From: Acidobacteriota bacterium
GTDB taxonomy: Bacteria > Acidobacteriota > UBA6911 > RPQK01 > JAJDTT01
Direction of reading: 5' to 3'
Assembly (NCBI GenBank): GCA_965209055.1
Contig: OZ242374.1
Coordinates: 352,001-416,000 of the forward strand
Length of the DNA stretch: 64,000 bases
Shown: positions 39,365 through 47,141 of the stretch, in pieces
Numbering within the stretch: position 1 is the first letter of the stretch
Layout of the letters: every line of letters begins with the position of its first letter
Notes under the pieces: model-generated
Told to the model about the DNA's origin: nothing
The model's input: the letters and a program-made list of their open reading frames with translations, nothing else
Databases searched by the model: none
Made by a program: the position numbers and the translations under genes

Positions 39365-40801
39365 CTAACCAGGGGGACCACCAAGTCCCAGGCGGGTTTT
39401 CTGAACTGCTCGCTTCGACAATTTCCTGGCGCCCAGTTCGCGCCTTTGTTGATTGAGGCGACGGACCTGGGCCAATGTCTGGCGTTCTTTTTCCTTGTTC
39501 CCCAACTTTCGATAAGCAATCGAGAGTTGATAGAAGGCCGGAGTCGCTTCCGGGTCCAGTTGAACCGCTTTTTCCAACTCTCGAACGGCCGAGGCGGGGT
39601 CGCTTCTTTTCAAATACAGCTTGCCCAGGCTGGTGTGCGCAAGGGCCACGGGAGATGATCCTTCCCAAAAAAAGAAATCCGGTTGCAACGCAGTGGCCTG
39701 TTTCAGGTGCTCCACGGCTTTCGACTCAACCTGACTTCCGGGCGCAACCCCGCTCAAGACAGCCAGCTCTCCCAGAAGATAATGTCCATAAAAGCTGAGA
39801 GGGGTTCGTCGCAGCACCTCTTGCAAGACAGTGGAAGCCTCGTCAAGTTGCCGGGTTTCCATCAGCACCAGAGCCAGACCCACTCGCGGCATGTCAAGGT
39901 CCGGCCGTAGCTCGGCAGCCTTTCGGTACTCCGCTTCGGCCATCCCGTACTGAGCCAGGAAATATCGCAAATGAGCATGTTTAAAACGCAAACTGTAAGA
40001 ATGCGGGAGTTGTTCCAGACCCCGCTCCACCAACTCAACAGCGGGAAGCAGCTTGTTTTCCTCGGCCAGGCGCTCGGCAGCGGCCAGGTAGTTGATTTCA
40101 TCTCCAGGGTCGCGGCCGATCGCTTGCCGCAGCATGTCGACTGGCGCCTCTTGTTTCGCCAGCAACAATAGATCGAGCATTCGTTCCTGTTTCTGAGCCG
40201 AGGGAGGATCTGAGACATTTGAAATGGTCCAGCCGCGTCGCGATTCCTCGAGCGTCGCCGCGCACTCTTCGAACTTTCTGAGACGGTATTGCGACAAGGC
40301 CAGGTTGTAGGCCACGGACAGCGGGTCCGGATGCCCTGCCCGGGCCAGCTTGAAATGCCTTTCGGCAGCCGGGAATTCACCGAAGCGAGCCAGAATCAAA
40401 CCCGCCTCGAACTGCGCCATGAAGTGGTCTTCGGGCAATCGTTCCACGGCTTCAAGGGCAGCCTGGTTGTCCTTGGTTTGCAGGAGCGACTCAGTGTAGT
40501 TGAGAAGCAGAATCGGGTTCTTGGAGAGCTTTGAAGCACTTTCCCGGAAGCGTTTTGCAGCCTCCCCGTACTCTTTCAAACTGAAGGCGATTTGCCCAAG
40601 AACCGCCTGCAAATCTTCGTTGTCCGGATCCTTTCGAGCCAGCTCCAACAGTATTTTACGGGCCTCCGGCAACCGTCCTGTTTGGAGAAGCTCCGAAACG
40701 GTTTTCTGCCCTGACGATTGTGACCATCCGAAGCAGAAGAAAATAAAAAGAACAGGAATTCGTGTCAGGTGTGACAAGCGTGGCCGGGTAGGCAACACCA
40801 T
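39365..40801 (-). CDS. Secreted TPR protein (family B, copy 2)
   Basis: Collinear with 32752-34134: LGQIAF, NY.E.LL.TK, AQFEAG, YNLA, HYLLG, SLGKLYLKR, YQLSIAYRK. Confidence 0.88.
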   Translation of the reverse strand: MVLPTRPRLSHLTRIPVLFIFFCFGWSQSSGQKTVSELLQTGRLPEARKILLELARKDPDNEDLQAVLGQIAFSLKEYGEAAKRFRESASKLSKNPILLLNYTESLLQTKDNQAALEAVERLPEDHFMAQFEAGLILARFGEFPAAERHFKLARAGHPDPLSVAYNLALSQYRLRKFEECAATLEESRRGWTISNVSDPPSAQKQERMLDLLLLAKQEAPVDMLRQAIGRDPGDEINYLAAAERLAEENKLLPAVELVERGLEQLPHSYSLRFKHAHLRYFLAQYGMAEAEYRKAAELRPDLDMPRVGLALVLMETRQLDEASTVLQEVLRRTPLSFYGHYLLGELAVLSGVAPGSQVESKAVEHLKQATALQPDFFFWEGSSPVALAHTSLGKLYLKRSDPASAVRELEKAVQLDPEATPAFYQLSIAYRKLGNKEKERQTLAQVRRLNQQRRELGARKLSKRAVQKTRLGLGGPPG

Positions 40802-40950
40802 CCACCAATGCTAGCAGAGGTGTGAAGAGGGCGGATAGACGAACCAAAGAATCCCGCCAGTCTTATTCCTGTTGCTCGGGGGCCACACCTTCCCTGGCCG
40901 GTTCCTGGCCTCTCTTGATCGAGTGTTCAACGCGGAATACAATTCGGACA

Positions 40951-42360
40951 ATGGGCCGTTGGGCCGCGCCTGCCGTGTTTTTTCTCCTGGTTTCCTCAGA
41001 CCTTCAGGCCCAGGATCTGCCAGCCATTCCTCAACTCCTGCCCCGGCAATGGGAGATTCTCGACCCGAAATTGCAGCAGGCCTACGCCAAGGTGTTGGAG
41101 TTTCCAGACGATGCGGAAGCCAACGGCCGCTTGGCAATGACCTTCCATGCCTTCGACCAATTTGAGCTGGCAGCCGTTTTTTATCAAAGAAGCGATTTGC
41201 TGCAATCGGGAACTTTTCGTTGGCCGTACTACCTGGGCGTCGTGCGTGGAGCCCAGGGGAAGACCAGCGAGGCTATCAGCATGCTGCGCAGGGCGAGGGC
41301 GGTTGACCCGGACTATCTCCCCGCCCGCGTCCGATTGGCCGAACTTCTGCTTGCGACCCACAATCAGGAGGAAGCAAAAAACATCTACGAGCAAGTGCTG
41401 AAGCAAGATCCCGACTGTTCGCAAGCGCACTACGGATTGGGCCGGATTCAGTCCTCCACGGGCCAATGGCAAGCCGCAATTCAAAGCTATCGCCGAGCCT
41501 TGTCATTGTCCCAGGGTTTCGGGGCGGCCCACTACGCTTTGGCAACAGCCTATCGACAACTGGGAATGCCGGATGGATTTCAAGAGAACATACGGCTCTT
41601 TCAACAGAATCGGGGGAGAAGTCCGCAGTTGGATGATCCTCTGCTCAAGACGGTGGCCGCCCTGCGGTCCCACGCAGAATATTACTTCAAGGAGGGTCTT
41701 CGGCTTCAAGAGGAAGGCCGGGTCGAACCGGCCATCGTTGAATATCAACGGGCCCTGAAGGAAGATCCGGAGTACGCCCGGGCTCACGCCAATCTGTGCC
41801 TGGCCCAACTGCTTTTGAAACGGTTGGACCAAGCCGAGCGCCACTGTCAATTGGCTCTTGAGCTTGATCCGGATATTCACGAGATTCGCCACAACCTGGG
41901 ACTGCTCCGCCGGCTTCAGGGTAGAAACCGGGAGGCTGAGCAGGCCTTTCGAGAAGCATTGGAAATTGATCCTTTTTACGCCGAGTCCCACTATCTTCTG
42001 GCGGCGGTTTTGGCCCAGGAGGGGCGTCTAAAGGGTGCGGAGCACCATTTTCGGCAGGCGATCGAGAACCAGCCGGACTACCGCACGGCCCATTTTCAGT
42101 TGGGTCTCCTGCTTCAGAAGCAGGGGAGGGATGCGGAAGCCGTCCCCCATTTCCTGAAGACCCTGACCGAAGAGGATGAGAGAACTCCCGTTTACCTGTA
42201 CCTGTTGGCCCACAGCTATGGCCGCCTGGGCGACCTGGATAAAGCCGTTGAATCTGCCGAGCAGGCCCGGGAAAAGGCGCTAGCCGTGGGGAAGGGCGAA
42301 TTGGCGGCTGACCTGGCGAGGTTCCTGCAGCAGTTGCGGCAAGCGGGCAAACGGCCATGA
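40951..42360 (+). CDS. Secreted TPR protein (family A, copy 2), coupled to CRTAC1-B
   Basis: Collinear with 24360-25769 and ends LRQAGKRP as it does. ATGA overlap with the next gene. Confidence 0.9.
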   Translation: MGRWAAPAVFFLLVSSDLQAQDLPAIPQLLPRQWEILDPKLQQAYAKVLEFPDDAEANGRLAMTFHAFDQFELAAVFYQRSDLLQSGTFRWPYYLGVVRGAQGKTSEAISMLRRARAVDPDYLPARVRLAELLLATHNQEEAKNIYEQVLKQDPDCSQAHYGLGRIQSSTGQWQAAIQSYRRALSLSQGFGAAHYALATAYRQLGMPDGFQENIRLFQQNRGRSPQLDDPLLKTVAALRSHAEYYFKEGLRLQEEGRVEPAIVEYQRALKEDPEYARAHANLCLAQLLLKRLDQAERHCQLALELDPDIHEIRHNLGLLRRLQGRNREAEQAFREALEIDPFYAESHYLLAAVLAQEGRLKGAEHHFRQAIENQPDYRTAHFQLGLLLQKQGRDAEAVPHFLKTLTEEDERTPVYLYLLAHSYGRLGDLDKAVESAEQAREKALAVGKGELAADLARFLQQLRQAGKRP

Positions 42361-44117
42361 AAGAGGTGGCGGGCCTTCCGTTCCGGGGCGCTTGTCCACG
42401 GCCCGCGGGCAGGCTGCTGGCCATCCTGCTTTGTGGAGCCCTTGCCGGGCCTTCTCTCGGGGCTCAAGACCCGTCGACGCCAACTCCCCTTTTCTCGGAA
42501 GTGGCCTCCCAGGTGGGGCTGGATTTCAAGCACTTCAATGGAGCCGGCGGAAACTTTTACATCCCTGAAATCGTGGGCTCGGGAGCCGCCCTGTTGGACT
42601 ACGACGGCGACGGCGACCTGGACGTCTACCTGGTGCAAGGTGCGATGCTGGAACCGGGCAAGACTCCCTCCGAGTCCTGGTTTCCTCCAGGTCCCGGGTG
42701 GAGGCCGGGGCACCGGTTGTATCGAAACGAGCTGATCCCCGGGGGAAGTCTCAAGTTCAGGGAGGTGACCGCCCAAGCCGGGGTCGACTCGGTCAGCTAC
42801 GGGATGGGAGTGGCGGTCGGAGATTACGACAACGATGGAGACCTTGACCTTTACCTGACCAACTACGGACCCAATCTCTTGTATCGCAACAACGGAGACG
42901 CGACCTTCACCCCAATGAAGGGAATGGGAGCCGAGGATTCCCGCTGGACCACCAGCGCCGCCTTTCTGGACTACGACCGCGACGGCGACCTCGACTTGTT
43001 CGTGACGAATTATGGAAATTTCACCGTCAAGGGAAACAATCCCTGCCACAACAAGATGGGCCTCCGGGATTATTGCGGTCCCAGTGGCTATCGGCCCATC
43101 CCGGATCGTCTCTTCCGGAACGAGAGGGGCCGGCAATTTGTTGACGTGACAGAGGATGCCGGGTTGGGGGCCGCCTTTGGAACCGGGTTGGGAGTCATTT
43201 GCGCCGATTTCAACGCTGACGGGTGGACGGATATCTACGTCGCCAATGACAGAACTCCCAATCAGCTCTGGCTCAATCGGGGTAACGGAAGCTTTGAAGA
43301 GGCGGGGTTGTTCTCAGGGACGGCGTTCAACGTCGACGGCCATGCCGAAGCCAGCATGGGGGTCACGGCCGCCGATTTCAACAACGACGGCAGCGAAGAC
43401 CTCTTCATGACCCATCTGACGGAAGAGACCCATACCCTCTATCTGAACGATGGCGCCGGCGGTTTTTCCGACCAGACCAGCCGTTTCGGATTGACCCGGG
43501 TTGAAAATTACACCGGTTTCGGCACCCAGTGGTTCGACTACGACAATGACGGGCACCTGGATCTGTTCATGGCCAACGGTGCGGTGCGAATGACGCGGCT
43601 GGCCGAACCGGCCGATTATGCCTACGATCAGATCAACCAACTGTTCCATAACGAGGGAGACGGGAACTATCGGGAAACGACCGCCGAGGCGGGAGCGGCG
43701 CTGCAACTGTCGGAAGTGAGCCGCGGCGCGGCCTTCGGCGACATGGACAACGACGGTGACGTGGACATTCTGGTCACCAACAACAACGGGCCGGTGCGGT
43801 TGCTGTTGAACGGGACCGGGTCGCGGCATCACTGGCTGCAGGTTCGACTGCAGGGGGTGCAAAGCAACCGCTACGGGGTCGGAGCGAGGGTGGGAGTGCA
43901 GCGCCAGGGTCAGAGGACGTTATGGCGCCGCGCACATACCGACGGCAGCTATCTGAACGCCAACGACCATCGGGTGCACTTCGGCTTGGGCCGGAACCAG
44001 GAGGTCGAGGCCGTCATCGTCCACTGGCCCGGCGGCGGCAGCGAGAGTTGGGAAGGGGTGGAAGCGGACCGGTTGGTCACCCTCCAGGAAGGCTCCGGAA
44101 GGCCGTGGAAGCCGTAG
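42357..44117 (+). CDS. CRTAC1/ASPIC-UnbV protein (copy B)
   Basis: Near-identical to 22606-24363, in inverted orientation. Confidence 0.92.
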   Translation: MKEVAGLPFRGACPRPAGRLLAILLCGALAGPSLGAQDPSTPTPLFSEVASQVGLDFKHFNGAGGNFYIPEIVGSGAALLDYDGDGDLDVYLVQGAMLEPGKTPSESWFPPGPGWRPGHRLYRNELIPGGSLKFREVTAQAGVDSVSYGMGVAVGDYDNDGDLDLYLTNYGPNLLYRNNGDATFTPMKGMGAEDSRWTTSAAFLDYDRDGDLDLFVTNYGNFTVKGNNPCHNKMGLRDYCGPSGYRPIPDRLFRNERGRQFVDVTEDAGLGAAFGTGLGVICADFNADGWTDIYVANDRTPNQLWLNRGNGSFEEAGLFSGTAFNVDGHAEASMGVTAADFNNDGSEDLFMTHLTEETHTLYLNDGAGGFSDQTSRFGLTRVENYTGFGTQWFDYDNDGHLDLFMANGAVRMTRLAEPADYAYDQINQLFHNEGDGNYRETTAEAGAALQLSEVSRGAAFGDMDNDGDVDILVTNNNGPVRLLLNGTGSRHHWLQVRLQGVQSNRYGVGARVGVQRQGQRTLWRRAHTDGSYLNANDHRVHFGLGRNQEVEAVIVHWPGGGSESWEGVEADRLVTLQEGSGRPWKP

Positions 44118-44168
44118 ACAGCAAATCAGACGCTATCGCGATTTCTTGGGGCGCTTCACTGTGGATCG

Positions 44169-45854
44169 TCATCGGATCCCGGTTCCTTCACGGACGGAGA
44201 TGACTCGGCCTGCCTGGACGTCTTCAAACCTCTGCCGGCTGCCGCTGGGCCACTGGATCTCGATCCACTCGGCCCGCCTCTCCTTGCCGAGGCCGAAATG
44301 CACACGCAGTCCATTACTCGAGTAGTAACTGGAGGCGCTCCGCACCTCATCGGTTTGGATTCGTCCTCCGGCTGCCACTTGAATCCGCGCGCCAATGGCA
44401 CTGCGGTTGCTTCCTTCACCTTCCAGTTCCAGGATGAGCCAGTTGTTCTCTGAAGCGCTTTCGTTGACCAGCAAAGAAGGGGTGTCATTCAGGTTGACTG
44501 CGACGATATCCAGATCCCCGTCACCATCCAGATCCTCGAATGCGACGCCTCGCCCGGCCGATTTCGCGGCAATGGCGTCTCCGGCTTGATTGGAGGCGTT
44601 TCCAAAGCTGCCGTCACCTTGATTCCGGTAGACCAATCGCTGCTGCCGATAGGTGATTTCAGAAGGGTGGCGGTCCACTTCGGGATAAACGTGCCCGCTG
44701 GCGATAAACAGGTCTTTCCAACCGTCGTTGTCAAAATCGACCAATCCCGTGCCCCAACTCAAGTATTGGGTGTCTTTGCCCAGCTTGGCCAGATAAGTCG
44801 TGTCGGTGAATGTGGAGTTTCCGTCGTTGCGGTATAGGGTGGACGTGTCGTCGGAGAAATTGGTCACCAACAGATCCAGGTGTCCGTCCAGATCGTAATC
44901 CGCAGCCGCGACTCCCATGCCGGCCTGCTCTCTTCCGTTGTCGCTGAGGGCCACGCCCGAGATCATTCCCACATCCTCAAACGTGCCATCGCGGTTGTTC
45001 CGGTAAAGGATGTTGGGGGTGGTGTCGCAGGCGACATAAAGGTCCGTCCAGCCGTCCTCGTCAAAATCGAGCGTGATCGGCATGAGACAATAAAACCCTT
45101 CGGCACGGGTGATGCCGCTGGCCGCGGTGACGTCGCTGAAAGTGCCGTCTCCATTGTTGCGAAACATGATATTGGCCGATGGCTTGAGCCCCAGCGGACC
45201 ACACATGACGGCGATGCCCCTCCACATGCAGTTGGCGCCGGAGCCGGGCTCGTACCGGGTGGCGTCGGCATAGTCCACATAATTGGCTACGAAAAGGTCC
45301 AGGTCGGCGTCGCGGTCATAATCCAGGAAGGTGCAGCCGGCGTTCCAACGCCGCTGGCCGCCGATCCGAGAGCTCTGCGAGATGTCTTCGAAGCTTCCGT
45401 TTCCCCGATTGCGGTAGAGCACGATCTCCCCGTAGTAGGTCACGGCAAGATCGGTCCATCCATCGTTGTCGATATCTCCGACGCAGACCGCCTGTCCCCA
45501 GCCCGAGCGCTTGAGGCCGGAAGGCGCCGTCACGTCTGAAAAACGGCCGTTTCCGAGATTTCGGTACAACACGTTGGAGGGAGGATCGCCGGAGGCGCCG
45601 TCCAGTCTGGAGCCGTTGACCAGGAAGATGTCGATCCGTCCGTCCCGGTCGTAATCGAAGGTGGCGGCTCCCGTCCCGGTCGTTTCCAGAATGTAGCGTT
45701 GCGACGCCACGCCTCCATAGACGACCGGAATATTCAGCCCGGACTCCCGGCTTCGATCGACGAACTGGATTGGGGCCTGGGCTGGAAGGAGGGTGTTGCC
45801 GGCCACGAGTCCAAGGAGCAACGTCGCGACGATTCGAAGCGTAGTCGTCATCAT
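44169..45854 (-). CDS. CRTAC1/ASPIC-UnbV protein (divergent copy C)
   Basis: YILETTGTG..FDYDRDG, GMGVAAADYD.DG, SNRSAIGARI, VHFGLG..I.WPSG. Confidence 0.92.
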   Translation of the reverse strand: MMTTTLRIVATLLLGLVAGNTLLPAQAPIQFVDRSRESGLNIPVVYGGVASQRYILETTGTGAATFDYDRDGRIDIFLVNGSRLDGASGDPPSNVLYRNLGNGRFSDVTAPSGLKRSGWGQAVCVGDIDNDGWTDLAVTYYGEIVLYRNRGNGSFEDISQSSRIGGQRRWNAGCTFLDYDRDADLDLFVANYVDYADATRYEPGSGANCMWRGIAVMCGPLGLKPSANIMFRNNGDGTFSDVTAASGITRAEGFYCLMPITLDFDEDGWTDLYVACDTTPNILYRNNRDGTFEDVGMISGVALSDNGREQAGMGVAAADYDLDGHLDLLVTNFSDDTSTLYRNDGNSTFTDTTYLAKLGKDTQYLSWGTGLVDFDNDGWKDLFIASGHVYPEVDRHPSEITYRQQRLVYRNQGDGSFGNASNQAGDAIAAKSAGRGVAFEDLDGDGDLDIVAVNLNDTPSLLVNESASENNWLILELEGEGSNRSAIGARIQVAAGGRIQTDEVRSASSYYSSNGLRVHFGLGKERRAEWIEIQWPSGSRQRFEDVQAGRVISVREGTGIR

Positions 45855-45881
45855 TCTGAACTCGTCGACGCTGCGGCTGGC

Positions 45882-46046
45882 CTATTCGATTCCCCTGAAG
45901 ATCTCTTCCGACTCGAATGTGGTGACCCCATTCTGGCGGGTGAATTGTGGGTGACGCTTCAGCCATCCCACGCTCTTCGTCGTCTTGCGACCGAAGTGGG
46001 GACAGGTCAGTGGTAGGTCGAATTCGTCGAATCGGGAATCTGGCAT
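45882..46046 (-). pseudogene. Small degenerate zinc-ribbon-like ORF
   Basis: GGAGGAG RBS, MPDSRFDEFDLPLTCPHFGRKTTKSVGWLK with a broken CxxC. The TAG may be premature. Confidence 0.4.
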
Positions 46047-46171
46047 CGGCTCCTCCGCTCTTCTAGGCACTGCCGGTTGACGGAGACGAGAGTAGCATGT
46101 ATAGCATGAGCGGCATGTCAACGCTGTTGACACGCCACCTGGGAGGAAGGATGAGGATGCAAGGCCCGCCC

Positions 46172-46321
46172 ATGCCCCGCAAACGTCGTGCGATTGGTCA
46201 CGACCAGCCAGTCAGGGTTGATCCCTCTCCCGAGCACGCGGCCAAGATCCTCGTTGACGCGAAGCCAGAATCCCGTGACCAATGGCGCTACTTTCGGGAT
46301 CCAGGTCAGCCGGAGTCTTGA
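46172..46321 (+). CDS. Small hypothetical protein resembling ORFs that accompany IS1595-family elements
   Basis: MPRKRRAIGHDQPVRVDPSPEHAAKILVDAKPESRDQWRYF. Resemblance is from memory only. Confidence 0.35.
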   Translation: MPRKRRAIGHDQPVRVDPSPEHAAKILVDAKPESRDQWRYFRDPGQPES

Positions 46322-46364
46322 TTCGAGTAGACTGGATCGGAGGACACTAGGAGGACCGACAAAG

Positions 46365-46775
46365 ATGAGGATTGCCCCGTCCGATCTTCCATTGCCCGTT
46401 CTCATCTATCCAAATGAGGAGGACGGTGGATGGACTGCGCTTTCCTTGGAGATGGATATTCGTGCATACGGAGACACTCCAGAGGAAGCGCTAGACGAAT
46501 TGAGTGATTTGGTTCATGTCCAAATCAGCTTCGCTGTTTTTAAGGACGACCCCTCATTAATCTGGAAACGTGCTGACCAAATCTGGTTTGATCGATTTGC
46601 CGAAGCGTTTGCCCGCCAGCAGTGGGAAAGACTTGTTATGAGTCAGGAGGTCGTTGCTGAGCCTGGTGAGGTCACTTTGTCTATGGTTCCTGGTTATACG
46701 GCGTCTGGAATGCCCATGCCAGCTCCGCACGTTATTGCGGAAATCAAGCGCCAATTCCAGGTTGCCCATGCCTAG
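46365..46775 (+). CDS. hicB: HicB-like antitoxin
   Basis: VLIYPNEEDGGWTALSLEMDIRAYGDTPEEALDEL. AGGAGG RBS. Overlaps hicA. Confidence 0.8.
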   Translation: MRIAPSDLPLPVLIYPNEEDGGWTALSLEMDIRAYGDTPEEALDELSDLVHVQISFAVFKDDPSLIWKRADQIWFDRFAEAFARQQWERLVMSQEVVAEPGEVTLSMVPGYTASGMPMPAPHVIAEIKRQFQVAHA

Positions 46776-47001
46776 TCCTCGGAAATATCGGGAAATCGTA
46801 AAGCGTCTAAGAAAATTCGATCCGAGATTTGAGTTTTGGGATGAAAGGGGCAAAGGCAGCCACCGCGTGATCTACCACCCAAATATCAATGGAGCATCGA
46901 GGTCCTATCCGGTCAAGTGTCATGGCATGAATACCGAAATTTCTGGCCCGGTAATCGCCGATATATCCAGGCGGTTCAATTTACCAAGGGGTGTTCTCTA
47001 G
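46768..47001 (+). CDS. hicA: HicA-family mRNA interferase toxin
   Basis: 77 aa, basic, KYREIVKRLRK..RGKGSHRVIYHP with catalytic GSH, PVKCHG. Confidence 0.85.
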   Translation: MPSPRKYREIVKRLRKFDPRFEFWDERGKGSHRVIYHPNINGASRSYPVKCHGMNTEISGPVIADISRRFNLPRGVL

Positions 47002-47141
47002 TCTGCCAGATCCTCTTACGGTAGCCGCTTCAAATCCTTCTAACGCACCACCGTTCCCCTCTGACCCAGCGTGTCCAGCTCTCCGACTTTTTGACGACCG
47101 GAAAACTCATTGACATAGCGTCGCAGGCGCGTGTCGCTCAC
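46998..47141 (-). mobile_element. Decayed 3' end of an IS1595-family transposase
   Basis: Reads SDTRLRRYVNEFSGRQKVGELDTLGQRGTVVR*KDLKRLP*EDLAD*, matching the IS1595 tail S.KHL.RY..EF..R.N...DT.....GKRL.Y.DL, with two in-frame stops. Confidence 0.75.

Noticed and set aside
37985-40780. Shared RIPVLF in the signal peptides of the cytochrome (37852) and the TPR (40801)
   Set aside because: Only six residues in hydrophobic segments with divergent codons. It cannot be distinguished from chance.
23470-43253. Diversity-generating retroelement or shufflon explaining the variable CRTAC1 block
   Set aside because: No reverse transcriptase or site-specific recombinase is in the window. The differences are not adenine-restricted and include an indel.
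45854-46046. Amber readthrough (pyrrolysine-like) fusing the small ORF to CRTAC1-C, since they are in frame across one TAG
   Set aside because: No pyl genes are seen, the fusion would bury the CRTAC1 signal peptide, and the small ORF looks degenerate.
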